Assembly: GCA_021613535.1 (NCBI GenBank) | Contig: CP075493.1 | Location: forward strand, 18,082,848 to 18,146,847 | Reading direction: 5' to 3' | Length of the DNA stretch: 64,000 nt | From: Adineta vaga | Lineage: Eukaryota; Animalia; Rotifera | Shown here: positions 35,101 through 50,100 of the stretch, in pieces | How positions within the stretch are numbered: position 1 is the first letter of the stretch | How the letters are laid out: each line of letters starts with the position of its first letter | Translations under genes and position numbers: made by a program | The notes under the pieces: generated by a model | Databases searched by the model: none | The model's input: only the letters and a program-made list of their open reading frames with translations | Told to the model about the DNA's origin: nothing

Positions 35101-38100
35101 TTCGAAATGATCTCGATTTCTCATCAATACACACTTGTTCTCTATCTTATCATCTTGCCAGAGAGAGAATACATATCTCTTCTCTCTTTGCTGCCTCATT
35201 CTCCTTGTCCTTGTGCTCAGCTGGCCCTTCGGGCCATGCTTCGCTTCTTTTTCTTTGAAATTTTCTGGATTTCTCATCAAAATGCTTGATATCATTCATG
35301 TCTTTGTTAGATGATATCTTTCTTGAACATTCACTCTCTGTAATTGTTGATATATGCACACACTTCAACAAAGATGTCTCCTCAACAAGTCTTTTGAGCT
35401 ATATCTCGATAGAATGGGTGAGGGTGTGTGGTGGATGTATGAGGGCATATCACAATGGGTGAGGGTGCTTCGAAAACGTGTTGCCTTTGATGAAAAATTT
35501 CATTTGATGCTACATTTGACTGATGTGCGCCGGAGGTGTGCGCTGTGCGCCGTGCGCCGTGTGTTTTCCTATAGAGCAATGTTAGCCGATGACCTGTAGC
35601 GCACATTGATATTTTCTCTTGTATTGATAAAAAACCTTCGAAATGATCTCGATTTCTCATCAATACACACTTGTTCTCTATCTTATCATCTTGCCAGAGA
35701 GAGAATACATATCTCTTCTCTCTTTGCTGCCTCATTCTCCTTGTCCTTGTGCTCAGCTGGCCCTTCGGGCCATGCTTCGCTTCTTTTTCTTTGAAATTTT
35801 CTGGATTTCTCATCAAAATGCTTGATATCATTCATGTCTTGTTAGATGATATCTTTCTTGAACATTCACTCTCTGTAATTGTTGATATATGCACACACTT
35901 CAACAAAGATGTCTCCTCAACAAGTTTTTGAGCTATATTCTCGATAGAATGGGTGAGGGTGTGGGTGGATGTATGAGGGCATATCACAATGGGTGAGGTG
36001 CTTCGAAAACGTGTTGCCTTTGATGAAAAATTTCATTTGATGCTACATTTGACTGATGTGCGCCGGAGGTGTGCGCTGTGCGCCGTGCGCCGTGTGTTTT
36101 CCTATAGAGCAATGTTAGCCGATGACCTGTAGCGCACGATTGATATTTTCTCTTGTATTGATAAAAAAACCTTCGAAATGATCTCGATTTCTCATCAATA
36201 CACACTTGTTCTCTATCTTATCATCTTGCCAGAGAGAGAATACATATCTCTTCTCTCTTTGCTGCCTCATTCTCCTTGTCCTTGTGCTCAGCTGGCCCTT
36301 CGGGCCATGCTTCGCTTCTTTTCTCTTGAAATTTTCTGGGATTTCTCATCAAAATGCTTGATATCATTCATGTCTTTGTTAGATGATATCTTTCTTGAAC
36401 ATTCACTCTCTTTGTTGATCATATCTCTGTTGATATATGCGACACACTTCAACAAAGATGTCTCCTCAACAAGTCTTTTGAGCTATATCTCGATCTAGAA
36501 TGGGTGAGGGTGTGGCGTTGGATGTATGAGGGCATATCACAATGGGTGAGGGCTGCTTCGAAAACGTTGTTGCCTTTTTGATGAAAAATTTCATTTGATG
36601 CTACATTTGACTGATGTGCGCCGGAGGTGTGCGCTGTGCGCCGTGCCAACCGTGTGTTTTCCTATAGAGCAATGTTAGCCGATGACTGTAGCGCACATTT
36701 CGATTATTTTTCTCTTGTATTGATAAAAAAACCTTCGAAATGATCTCGATTTCTCATCAATACACACTTGTTCTCTATCTTATCATCTTGCCAGAGAGAG
36801 AATACATATCTCTTCTCTCTTTAGCTGCCTCATTCTCCTTGTCCTTGTGCTCAGCTGGCCCTTCGGGCCATTGCTTCGCTTCTTTTCTTTGAAATTTTCT
36901 GGATTTCTCATCAAAATGCTTGATATCATTCATGTCTTTGTTAGATGATATCTTTCTTGAACATTCACTCTCTGTAATTGTTGATATATGCACACAACTT
37001 CAACAAAGATGTCTCCTCAACAAGTCTTTTGATGCTATATCTCGATAGACATGGGTGAGGGTGTGGGTGGATGTATGAGGGCATATCACAATGGCCCGTG
37101 AGGGTGCTTCGAAAACGTGTTGCCTTTGATGAAAAATTTCATTTGATGCTACATTTGACTGATGTGCGCCGGAGGTGTGCGCTGTGCGCCGTGCGCCGTG
37201 TGTTTTCCTATAGAGCAATGTTAGCCGATGACCTGTAGCGCACATTGATATTTTCTCTTGTATTGATAAAAACCTTCGAAATGATCTCGATTTCTCATCA
37301 ATACACACTTGTTCTCTATCTTATCATCTTGCCAGAGAATACATATCTCTTCTCTCTTTGCTGCCTCATTCTCCTTGTCCTTGTGCTCAGCTGGCCCTTC
37401 GGGCCATGCTTCACTTCTTTTCTTTGAAATTTTCTGGATTTCTCATCAAATGCTTGATATCATTCATGTCTTTGTTAGATGATATCTTTCTTGAACATTC
37501 ACTCTCTGTAATTGTTGATATATGCACACACTTCAACAAAGATGTCTCCTCAACAAGTCTTTTGAGCTATATCTCGATAGAATGGGTGAGGGTGTGGGTG
37601 GATGTATGAGGGCATATCACAATGGGTGAGGGTGCTTCGAAAACGTGTTGCCTTTGATGAAAAATTTCATTTGATGCTACATTTGACTGATGTGCGCCGG
37701 AGGTGTGCGCTGTGCGCCGTGCGCCGTGTGTTTCCTATAGAGCAATGTTAGGCCGATGACCTGTAGCGCACATTGATATTTTCTCTTGTATTGATAAAAA
37801 CCTTCGAAATGATCTCGATTTCTCAATACACACTTGTTCTCTATCTTATCATCTTGCCAGAGAGAATACATATCTCTTCTCTCTTTGCTGCCTCATTCTC
37901 CTTGTCCTTGTGCTCAGCTGGCCCTTCGGGCCATGCTTCGCTTCTTTTTCTTTGAAATTTTCTGGATTTCTCATCAAAATGCTTGATATCATTCATGTCT
38001 TTGTTAGATGATATCTTTCTTGAACATTCACTCTCTGTAATTGTTGATATATGCACACACTTCAACAAAGATGTCTCCTCAACAAGTCTTTTGAGCTATT

Positions 38101-41100
38101 ATCTCGATAGAATGGGTGAGGGTGTGGGTGGATGTATGAGGGCATATCACAATGGGTGAGGGTGCTTCGAAAAAACGAATGTTGCCTTTGATGAAAAATT
38201 TCATTTGATTGCTACATTTGACTGATGTGCGCCGGAGGTGTGCGCTGTGCGCCGTGCGCCGTGTGTTTTCCTATAGAGCAATGTTAGCCGATGACCTGTT
38301 TAGCGCACATTGATATTTTCTCTATGTATTTGATAAAAAAACCTTCGAAATGATCTCGATTTCTCTTCATCAATACACACTTGTTCTCTATCTTATCATC
38401 TTGCCAGAGAGAGAATACATATCTCTTCTCTCTTTGCTGCCTCATTCTCCTTGTCCTTGTGCCTCAGCTGGCCCTTCGGGCCATGCTTCGCTTCTTTTTT
38501 CTTTTTGAAATTTTCTGGATTTCTCATCAAAATGCTTGATATCATTCAATGTCTTTGTTAGATGATATCTTTCTTGAACATTCACTCTCTGTAATTGTTG
38601 ATATATGCACACACTTCAACAAAGATGTCTCCTCAACAAAGTCTTTTGAGCTATATCTCGATAGAATGGGTGAGGGGTGTGGGTGGATGTATGAGGGCAT
38701 ATCACAATGGGGTGAGGGTGCTTCGAAAACGTGTTGCCTTTGATGAAAAATTTCATTTTTGATGCTACATTTGACTGATGTGCGCCGGAGGTGTGCGCTG
38801 TGCGCCGTGCGCCGTGTGTTTTTTCCTATAGAGCAATGTTAGCCGATGACCTGTAGCGCACATTTGATATTTTCTCTTGTATTGATAAAAAACCTTCGAA
38901 ATGATCTCGATTTCTCATCAATACACACTTGTTCTCTATCTTATCATCTTGCCAGAGAGAGAATACATATCTCTTCTCTCTTTGCTGCCTCATTCTCCTT
39001 GTCCTTGTGCTCAGCTGGCCCTTCGGGCCATGCTTCGCTTCTTTTTTCTTTGAAATTTTCTGGGATTTCTCATCAAAATGCTTGATATCATTCATGTCTT
39101 TGTTAGATGATATCTTTCTTTTTTGAACATTTCACTCTCTGTAATTGTTGATATATGCACACACTTCAACAAAGATGTCTCCTCAACAAGTCTTTTGAGC
39201 TATATCTCGATAGAATGGCGTGAGGGTGTGGGTGGATGTTTATGAGGGCATATCACAATGGGTTTTTGAGGGTGCTTCGAAAACGTGTTGCCTTTTTGAT
39301 GAAAAATTTCATTTGATGCTACATTTGACTGATGTGATCGCCGGAAGGTGTGCGCTGTGCGCCGTGCGCCGTGTGTTTTCCTATAGAGCAATGTTAGCTG
39401 ATGACCTGTAGCGCACATTGATATTTTCTTTCTTGTATTGATAAAAAACCTTTCGAAATGATCTCGATTTCTCATCAATACACACTTGTTCTCTATCTTA
39501 TCATCTTGCCAGAGAGAGATACATTATCTCTTCTCTCTTTGCTGCCTCATTCTCCTTGTCCTTGTGCTCAGCTGGCCCTTCGGGCCATGCTTCGCTTCTT
39601 TTCTTTGAAATTTTTCTGGATTTTTCTTCATCAAAATGCTTGATATCATTCATGTCTTTGTTAGATGATATCTTTCTTGAACATTTCACTCTCTGTAATT
39701 GTTGATATATGCACACACTTCAACAAAGATGTCTCCTCAACAAGTCTTTCTGAGCTATATCTCGATAGAATGGGTGAGGGTGTGGGTGGATGTATGAGGG
39801 CATATCACAATGGGTGAGGGTGCTTCGAAAAAACGTGTTGCCTTTGATGAAAAATTTCATTTTGATGCTACATTTGACTGATGTGCGCCGGAGGTGTGCG
39901 CTGTGCGCCGTGCGCCGTGTGTTTTCCTATAGAGCAATGTTAGCCGATGACCTGTAGCGCACATTGATATTTTCTCTTGTATTGATAAAAAACCTTCGAA
40001 ATGATCTCGATTTCTCATCAATACACACTTGTTCTCTATCTTATCATCTTGCCAGAGAGAGAATACATATCTCTTCTCTCTTTGCTGCCTCATTCTCCTT
40101 GTCCTTGTGCTCAGCTGGCCCTTCGGGCCATGCTTCGCTTTCTCTTTTCTTTGAAATTTTTCTGGATTTCTCATCAAAATGCTTGATATCATTCATGTCG
40201 TTTGTTAGCATGATATCTTTCTTGAACATTCACTCTCTGTAATTGTTGATATATGCACACACTTCAACAAAGATGTCTCCTCAACAAGTCTTTTGAGCTA
40301 TATCTCGATAGAATGGGTGAGGGTGTGGGTGGATGTATGAGGGCATATCACAATGGGTGAGGGTGCTTCGAAAACGTGTTGCCTTTGATGAAAAATTTCA
40401 TTTGATGCTACATTTGACTGATGTGCGCCGGAGGTGTGCGCTGTGCGCCGTGCGCCGTGTGTTTTCCTATAGAGCAATGTTAGCCGATGACCTGTAGCGC
40501 ACATTGATATTTTCTCTTTATTGATAAAAAACCTTCGAAATGATCTCGATTTCTCATCAATACACACTTGTTCTCTATCTTATCATCTTGCCAGAGAGAG
40601 AATACATATCTCTTCTCTCTTTGCTGCCTCATTCTCCTTGTCCTTGTGCTCAGCTGGCCCTTCGGGCCATGCTTCGCTTCTTTTTCTTTGAAATTTTCTG
40701 GATTTCTCATCAAAATGCTTGATATCATTCATGTCTTTGTTAGATGATATCTTTCTTGAACATTCACTCTCTGTAATTGTTGATATATGCACACACTTCA
40801 ACAAGATGTCTCCTCAACAAGTCTTTTGAGCTATATCTCGATAGAATGGGTGAGGGTGTGGGTGGATGTATGAGGGCATATCACAATGGGTGAGGGTGCT
40901 TCGAAAACGTGTTGCCTTTGATGAAAAATTTCATTTGATGCTACATTTGACTGATGTGCGCCGGAGGTGTGCGCTGTGCGCCGTGCGCCGTGTGTTTTCC
41001 TATAGAGCAATGTTAGCCGATGACCTGTAGCGCACATTGATATTTTCTCTTGTATTGATAAAAAACCTTCGAAATGATCTCGATTTCTCATCAATACACA

Positions 41101-44100
41101 CTTGTTCTCTATCTTATCATCTTGCCAGAGAGAGAATACATATCTCTTCTCTCTTTGCTGCCTCATTCTCCTTGTCCTTGTGCTCAGCTGGCCCTTCGGG
41201 CCATGCTTCGCTTCTTTTTCTTTGAAATTTTCTGGATTTCTCATCAAAATGCTTGATATCATTCATGTCTTTGTTAGATGATATCTTTCTTGAACATTCA
41301 CTCTCTGTAATTGTTGATATATGCACACACTTCAACAAAGATGTCTCCTCAACAAGTCTTTTGAGCTATATCTCGATAGAATGGGTGAGGGTGTGGGTGG
41401 ATGTATGAGGGCATATCACAATGGGTGAGGCGTGCTTCGAAAACGTGTTGCCTTTGATGAAAAAATTTCATTTGATGCTACATTTGACTGCATGTGCGCC
41501 GGAGCGTGTGCGCTGTGCGCCGTGCGCCGTGTGTTTTCCTATAGAGCAATGTTAGCCGATGACCTGTAGCGCACATTGATATTTTTTCTCTTGTATTTGA
41601 TAAAAAACCTTCGAAATATCTCGATTTCTCATCAATACACACTTGTTCTCTCTATCTTATCATCTTGCCAGAGAGAGAATACATATCTCTTTCTCTCTTT
41701 GCTGCCTCATTCTCCTTGTCCTTGTGCTCAGCTGGGCCCTTCGGGCCATGCTTCCTTCTTTTCTTTGAAATTTTCTGGATTTCTCATCAAAATGCTTGAT
41801 ATCATTCATGTCTTTGTTAGATGATATCTTTCTTGAACATTTCACTCTCTGTAATGTTGATATATGCACACACTTCAAAACAAAGATGTCTCCTCAACAA
41901 GTTTCTTTTGAGCTATATCTCGATAGAATGGGTGAGGGTGTGGGTGGATGTATGAGGGCATATCACAATGGGTGAGGGTGCTTCGAAAACGTGTTGCCTT
42001 TGATGAAAAATTTCATTTGATGCTACATTTGACTGATGTGCGCCGGAGGTGTGCGCTGTGCGCCGTGCGCCGTGTGTTTTCCTATAGAGCAATGTTAGCC
42101 GATGACCTGTAGCGCACATTGATATTTTCTCTTGTATTGATAAAAAACCTTCGAAATGATCTCGATTTCTCATCAATACACACTTGTTCTCTATCTTATC
42201 ATCTTGCCAGAGAGAATACATATCTCTTCTCTCTTTGCTGCCTCATTCTCCTTGTCCTTGTGCTCAGCTGGCCCTTCGGGCCGCTTCACTTCTTTTCTTT
42301 GAAATTTTCTGGATTTCTCATCAAAATGCTTGATATCATTCATGTCTTTGTTAGATGATATCTTTCTTGAACATTCACTCTCTGTAATTGTTGATATATG
42401 CACACACTTCAACAAAGATGTCTCCTCAACAAGTCTTTTGAGCTATATCTCGATAGAATGGGTGAGGGTGTGGGTGGATGTATGAGGGCATATCACAATG
42501 GGTGAGGGTGCTTCGAAAACGTGTTGCCTTTGATGAAAAATTTCATTTGATGCTACATTTGACTGATGTGCGCCGGAGGTGTGCGCTGTGCGCCGTGCGC
42601 CGTGTGTTTTCCTATAGAGCAATGTTAGCCGATGACCTGTAGCGCACATTGATATTTTCTCTTGTATTGATAAAACCTTCGAAATGATCTCGATTTCTCA
42701 TCAATACACACTTGTTCTCTATCTTATCATCTTGCCAGAGAGATACATATCTCTTCTCTCTTTGCTGCCTCATTCTCCTTGTCCTTGTGCTCAGCTGGCC
42801 CTTCGGGCCGTAGCTTCGCTTCTTTTCTTTGAAATTTTCTGGATTTCTCATCAAAATGCTTGATATCATTCATGTCTTTGTTAGATGATATCTTTCTTGA
42901 ACATTCACTCTCTGTAATTGTTGATATATGCACACACTTCAACAAAGATGTCTCCTCAACAAGTCTTTTGAGCTATATCTCGATAGAATGGGTGAGGGTG
43001 TGGGTGGATGTATGAGGGCATATCACAATGGGTGAGGGTGCTTCGAAAACGTGTTGCCTTTGATGAAAAATTTCATTTGATGCTACATTTGACTGATGTG
43101 CGCCGGAGGTGTGCGCTGTGCGCCGATGCGCCGTGGTGTTTTCCTATAGAGCAATGTTAGCCGATGACCTGTAGCGCACATTGATATTTTCTCTTGTATT
43201 GATAAAAAACCTTCGAAATGATCTCGATTTCTCATCAATACACACTTGTTCTCTATCTTATCATCTTGCCAGAGAGAGAATACATATCTCTTCTCTCTTT
43301 GCTGCCTCATTCTCCTTGTCCTTGTGCTCAGCTGGCCCTTCGGGCCATGCTTCGCTTCTTTTTCTTTGAAATTTTCTGGATTTCTCATCAAAATGCTTGA
43401 TATCATTCATGTCTTTGTTAGATGATATCTTTCTTGAACATTCACTCTCTGTAATTGTTGATATATGCACACACTTCAACAAAGATGTCTCCTCAACAAG
43501 TCTTTTGAGCTATATCTCGATAGAATGGGTGAGGGTGTGGAGTGGATGTATGAGGGCATATCACAATGGGTGAGGTGCTTCGAAAACGTGTTGCCTTTGA
43601 TGAAAATTTCATTTGATGCTACATTTGACTGATGTGCGCCGGAGGTGTGCGCTGTGCGCCGTGCGCCGTGTGTTTTCCTATAGAGCAATGTTAGCCGATG
43701 ACCTGTAGCGCACATTGATATTTTCTCTTGTATGATAAAAACCTTCGAAATGATCTCGATTTCTCATCAATACACACTTGTTCTCTATCTTATCATCTTG
43801 CCAGAGATACATATCTCTTCTCTCTTTGCTGCACCTCATTCTCCTTGTCCTTGTGCTCAGCTGGCCCTTCGGGCCGTGCTTCGCTTCTTTTCTTTGAAAT
43901 TTTCTGGATTTCTCATCAAAATGCTTTGATATCATTCATGTCTTTGTTAGATGATATCTTTCTTGAACATTCACTCTCTGTAATTGTTGATATATGCACA
44001 CACTTCAACAAAGATGTCTCCTCAACAAGTCTTTTGAGCTATATCTCGATAGAATGGGTGAGGGTGTGGGTGGATGTATGAGGGCATATCACAATGGGTG

Positions 44101-47100
44101 AGGGTGCTTCGAAAACGTGTTGCCTTTGATGAAAAATTTCATTTGATGCTACATTTGACTGATGTGCGCCGGAGGTGTGCGCTGTGCGCCGTGCGCCGTG
44201 TGTTTTCCTATAGAGCAATGTTAGCCGATGACCTGTAGCGCACATTGATATTTTCTCTTGTATTGATAAAACCTTCGAAATGATCTCGATTTCTCATCAA
44301 TACACACTTGTTCTCTCTATCTTATCATCTTGCCAGAGAGAGAATACATATCTCTTCTCTCTTTGCTGCCTCATTCTCCTTGTCCTTGTGCTCAGCTGGC
44401 CCTTCGGGCCATGCTTCGCTTCTTTTTCTTTGAAATTTTCTGGATTTCTCATCAAAATGCTTGATATCATTCATGTCTTTGTTAGATGATATCTTTCTTG
44501 AACATTCACTCTCTGTAATTGTTGATATATGCACACAACTTCAACAAGATGTCTCCTCAAACAAGTCTTTTGAGCTATATCTCGATAGAATGGGTGAGGT
44601 GTGGGTGGATGTATGAGGGCAATATCACAATGGGTGAGGGTGCTTCGAAAACGTGTTGCCCTTTGATGAAAAATTTCATTTGATGCTACATTTGACTGAT
44701 GTGCGCCGGAGGTGTGCGCTGTGCGCCGTGCGCCGTGTGTTTTCCCTATAGAGCAATGTTAGCCGATGACCTGTAGCGCACATTGATATTTTTCTCTTGT
44801 ATTGATAAAAAACCTTCGAAATGATCTCGATTTCTCATCAATACACACTTGTTCTCTATCTTATCATCTTGCCGAGAGAGAATACATATCTCTTCTCTCT
44901 TTGCTGCCTCATTCTCCTTGTCCTTGTGCTCAGCTGGCATTCGGGCCATGCTTCGCTTCTTTTTCTTTGAAATTTCTGGATTTCTCATCAAAATGCTTGA
45001 TATCATTCATGTCTTTGTTAGATGATATCTTTTCTTGAACATTCACTCTCTGTAATTGTTGATATATGCACACTTCAACAAAGATGTCTCCTCAACAAGT
45101 CTTTTGAGCTATATCTCGATAGAATGGGTGAGGGTGTGGGTGGATGTGAGGGCATATCACATGGGTGAGGGTGCTTCGAAAACGTGTTGCCTTTGATGAA
45201 AAATTTCATTTGATGCTACATTTGACTGATGTGAAGCCGGAGGTGTGCGCTGTGCGCCGTGCGCCGTGTGTTTTCCTATAGAGCAATGTTACCGATGACC
45301 TGTAGCGCACATTGATATTTTTCTCTTGTATTGATAAAAACCTTCGAAATGATCTCGATTTCTCATCAATACACACTTGTTCTCTATCTTATCATCTTGC
45401 CAGAGAGAATACATATCTCTTCTCTCTTTGCTGCCTTCATTCTCCTTGTCCTTGTGCTCAAGCTCTGGCCCTATCGGCCATGCTTCGCTTCTTTTCTTGA
45501 AATTTCTGGATTTCTCATCAAAATGCTTGATATCATTCATGTCTTGTTAGATGATATCTTTCTTGAACATTCAACTCTCTGTAATTGTTGATATATGCAC
45601 ACACTTCAACAAAGATTCTCCTCAACAAGTCTTTTGAGCTATATCTCGATCGAATGGTGAGGGTGTGGGTGGATGTATGAGGGCATATCACAATGGGTGA
45701 GGGATTCTTCGAAAACGTGTTGCCTTTGATGAAAAATTTCATTTGATGCTACATTTGACTGATGTGCGCCGGAGGTGTGCGCTGTGCGCCGTGCGCCGTG
45801 TACACGTTTCCTATAGGGAGCAATGTTAGCCGATGACCTGTAAGCGCACATTGATATTTTCTCTTGTATTGATAAAACCTTCGAAATGATCTCGATTTCT
45901 CATCAATACACACTTGTCTCTATCTTATCATCTTGCAGAGAGAATGACATATCTCTTCTCTCTTGCTGCCGTCATTCTCCTTAGTCCTTATGCTCAGCTG
46001 GCCCTTCGGGCCGTAGCTTCTGCTTCTTTTTCTTTGAAATTTTCTGGATTTTCATCAAAATGCTTGATATCATTCATGTCTTTGTTAGATGATATCTTTC
46101 TTGAACATTCAACTCTCTGTAATTGTTGATATAATGCACACACTTCAACAAAGATGTCTCCTCAACAAGTCTTTTTGAGCTATATCTCGATAGAATGGGT
46201 GAGGGTGGGTGGATGTATGAGGGCATATCACAAGGGGTGAGGGTGCTTCGAAAACGTGTTGCCTTTGATGAAAAATTTCATTTCGTGCTACATTTGACTG
46301 ATGTGCGCCGGAGGTGTGCGCTGTGCGCCGTGCGCCGTGTGTTTTCCTATGAGCGAATGTTAGCCCGATGACCTGTTAGCGCACATTGATATTTTCTCTT
46401 GTATTGATAAAAACCTCGAAATGATCTCGATTTCTCATCAAGTACACACTTGTTCTCTATCTTATTCATCTTGCCAGAGAGAGAATACATATCTCTTCTC
46501 TCTTTGCTGCCTCATTCTCCTTGTCCTTGTGCTCAGCTGGCCCTTCGGGCCCCCATGCTTCGCTTCTTTTTCTTTGAAATTTTCTGGATTTCTCATCAAA
46601 TGCTTTGATATCATTCATGTCTTTGTTAGATGATATCTTTCTTGAACATTCACTCTCTTGTGATAATTGTTGATATATTGTTGCACACACTTCAACCAAA
46701 GATGTCTCCTCATAACAAGTCTTTTGAGCTATATCTCGATAGAATGGGTGAGGTGTGGGTGGATGTATGAGGGCATATCACAATGGATGAGGGTGCTTCG
46801 AAACGTGTTGCCTTTGATGAAAAATTTCATTTGATGCTACATTTGACTGATGTGCGCCGGAGGTGTGTGCGCTGTGCGCCGTGCGCCGTGTGTTTCGTCC
46901 TATAGAGCAATGTTAGCCGATGACCTGTAGCGCACATTGATATTTTCTCTTGTATTGATAAAAACCTTCGAAATGATCTCGATTTCTCATCAATACACAC
47001 TTGTTCTCTATCTTATCATCTTGCCAGAGAGAACTACATATCTCTTCTCTCTTTGCTGCCTCATTCTCCTTGTCCTTGTGCTCAGCTGGCCCTTCGGGCC

Positions 47101-50100
47101 ATGCTTCGCTTCTTTTTTCTTTGAAATTTTCTGGTTTCTCATCAAAATGCTTGATATCATTCATGTCTTTGTTAGATGATATCTTTCTTGAACATTCACT
47201 CTCTGTAATTTCGTTGATATATGCACACACTTCAACAAAGATGTCTCCTCAACAAGTTCTTTTGAGCTATATCTCGATAGAATGCGGTGAGGTGTGGGTG
47301 GATGTATGAGGGCATATCACAATGGGTGAGGGTGCTTCGAAAACGTGTTGCTTTGATGAAAAATTTCATTTGATGCTACATTTGACTGATGTGCGCCGGA
47401 GGTGTGCGCTGTGCGCCGTGCGCCGTGTGTTTTCCTATAGAGCAATGTTAGCCGATGACCTGTAGCGCACATTGATATTTTCTCTTGTATTGATAAAAAA
47501 ACCTTCGAAATGATCTCGATTCTCATCAATACACACTTGTTCTCTATCTTATCATCTTGCCAGAGAGAGAATACATATCTCTTCTCTCTTTGCTGCCTCA
47601 TTCTCCTTGTCCTTGTGCTCAGCTGGCCCTTCGGGCCATGCTTCGCTTCTTTTCTTTGAAATTTTCTGGATTTCTCATCAAAATGCTTGATATCATTCAT
47701 GTCTTTGTTAGATGATATCTTTCTTGAACATTCACTCTCTGTAATTGTTGATATATGCACACACTTCAACAAAGATGTCTCCTCAACAAGTCTTTTGAGC
47801 TATATCTCGATAGAATGGGTGAGGGTGTGGGTGGATGTATGAGGGCATATCACAATGGGTGAGGGTGCTTTCGAAAACGTGTTGCCTTTGATGAAAAAAT
47901 TTCATTTGATTGCTACATTTGACTGATGTGCGCCGGAGGTGTGCGCTGTGCGCCGTGCGCCGTGTGTTTTCCTATAGAGCAATGTTAGCCGATGACCTGT
48001 AGCGCACATTGATATTTTCTCTTGTATTGATAAAAAACCTTCGAAATGATCTCGATTTCTCATCAATACACACTTGTTCTCTATCTTATCATCTTGCCAG
48101 AGAGAGAATACATATCTCTTCTCTCTTTGCTGCCTCATTCTCCTTGTCCTTGTGCTCCGCTGGCCCTTCGGGCCATGCTTCGCTTCTTTTTCTTTGAAAT
48201 TTTCTGGATTTCTCATCAAAATGCTTGATATCATTCATGTCTTTGTTAGATGATATCTTTCTTTGAACATTCACTCTCTGTAATTGTTGATATATCACAC
48301 ACTTCAACAAAGATGTCTCCTCAACAAGTCTTTTGAGCTATATCTCGATAGAATGGGTGAGGTGTGGGTGGATGTATGAGGGCATATCACAATGGGGTGA
48401 GGGTGCTTCGAAAACCGTGTTGCCTTTGATGAAAATTTCATTTGATGCACATTTCGACTGATGTGCGCCGGAGGTGGTGCGCTGTGCGCCGTGCGCCGTG
48501 TTTTCCTATAGAGCAATGTTAGCCGATGACCTGTAGCGCACATTGATATTTTCTCTTGTATTGATAAAAAACCTTCGAAATGATCTCGATTTCTCATCAA
48601 TACACACTTGTTCTCTATCTTATCATCTTGCCAGAGAGAGAATACATATCTCTTCTCTCTTTGCTGCCTCATTCTCCTTGTCCTTGTGCTCAGCTGGCCC
48701 TTCGGGCCATGCTTCGCTTCTTTTCTTTGAAATTTTCTGGATTTCTCATCAAAATGCTTGATATCATTCATGTCTTTGTTAGATGATATCTTTCTTGAAC
48801 ATTCACTCTCTGTAATTGTTTGATATATGCACACACTTCAACAAAGATGTCTCCTCAACAAGTCTTTTGAGCTATATCTCGATAGAATGGGTGAGGTGTG
48901 GGTGGATGTATGAGGGCATATCACAATGGTGAGGTGCTTCGAAAACGTGTTGCCTTTGATGAAAAATTTCATTTGATGCTACATTTGACTGATGTGCGCC
49001 GGAGGTGTGCGCTGTGCGCCGTGCGCCGTGTGTTTTCCTATAGAGCAATGTTAGCCGATGACCTGTAGCGCACATTGATATTTTCTCTTGTATTGATAAA
49101 AACCTTCGAAATGATCTCGATTTCTCATCAATACACACTTTGTCTCTATCTTATCATCTTGCCAGAGAGAAATACATATCTCTTCTCTCTTGCTGCTTCA
49201 TTCTCCTTGTCCTTGTGCTCAGCTGGCCTTCGGGGCATGCTTCGCTTCTTTTCTTTGAAATTTTCTGGATTTCTCATCAAAAATGCTTTGTATATTCATG
49301 TCTTTGTTAGATGATATCTTTCTTGAACATTCACTCTCTGTAATTGTTGATATATGCACACACTTCAACAAAGATGTCTCCTCAACAAGTCTTTTGAGCT
49401 ATATCTCGATAGAATGGGTGAGGGTGTGGGTGGATGTATGAGGGCATATCACAATGGGTGAGGGTGCTTCGAAAACGTGTTGCCTTTGATGAAAAATTTC
49501 ATTTGATGCTACATTTGACTGATGTGCGCCGGAGTGTGCGCTGTGCGCCGTGCGCCGTGTGTTTTCCTATAGAGCAATGTTAGCCGATGACCTGTAGCGC
49601 ACATTGATATTTTCTCTGTATTGATAAAAAAACCTTCGAAATGATCTCGATTTCTCATCAATACATCACTTGTTCTCTATCTTATCATCTTGCCAGAGAA
49701 GAGAATACATATCTCTTCTCTCTTTGCTTGCTCATTCTCCTTGTCCTTGTGCTCAGCTGGCCCTTCGGCCATGCTTCGCTTCTTTTTCTTTTGAAAATTT
49801 TCTGGATTTCTCATCAAAATGCTTGATATCATTCATGTCTTTGTTAGATGATATCTTTCTTGAACATTCACTCTCTGTAATTGTTGATATATGCACACAC
49901 TTCAACAAAGATGTCTCCTCAACAAGTCTTTTGAGCTATATCTCGATAGAATGGGTGAGGGTGTGGGTGGATGTATGAGGGCATATCACAATGGGTGAGG
50001 GTGCTTCGAAAACGTGTTGCCTTTGATGAAAATTTCATTTGATGCTACATTTGACTGATGTGCGCCGGAGGTGTGCGCTGTGCGCCGTGCGCCGTGTGTT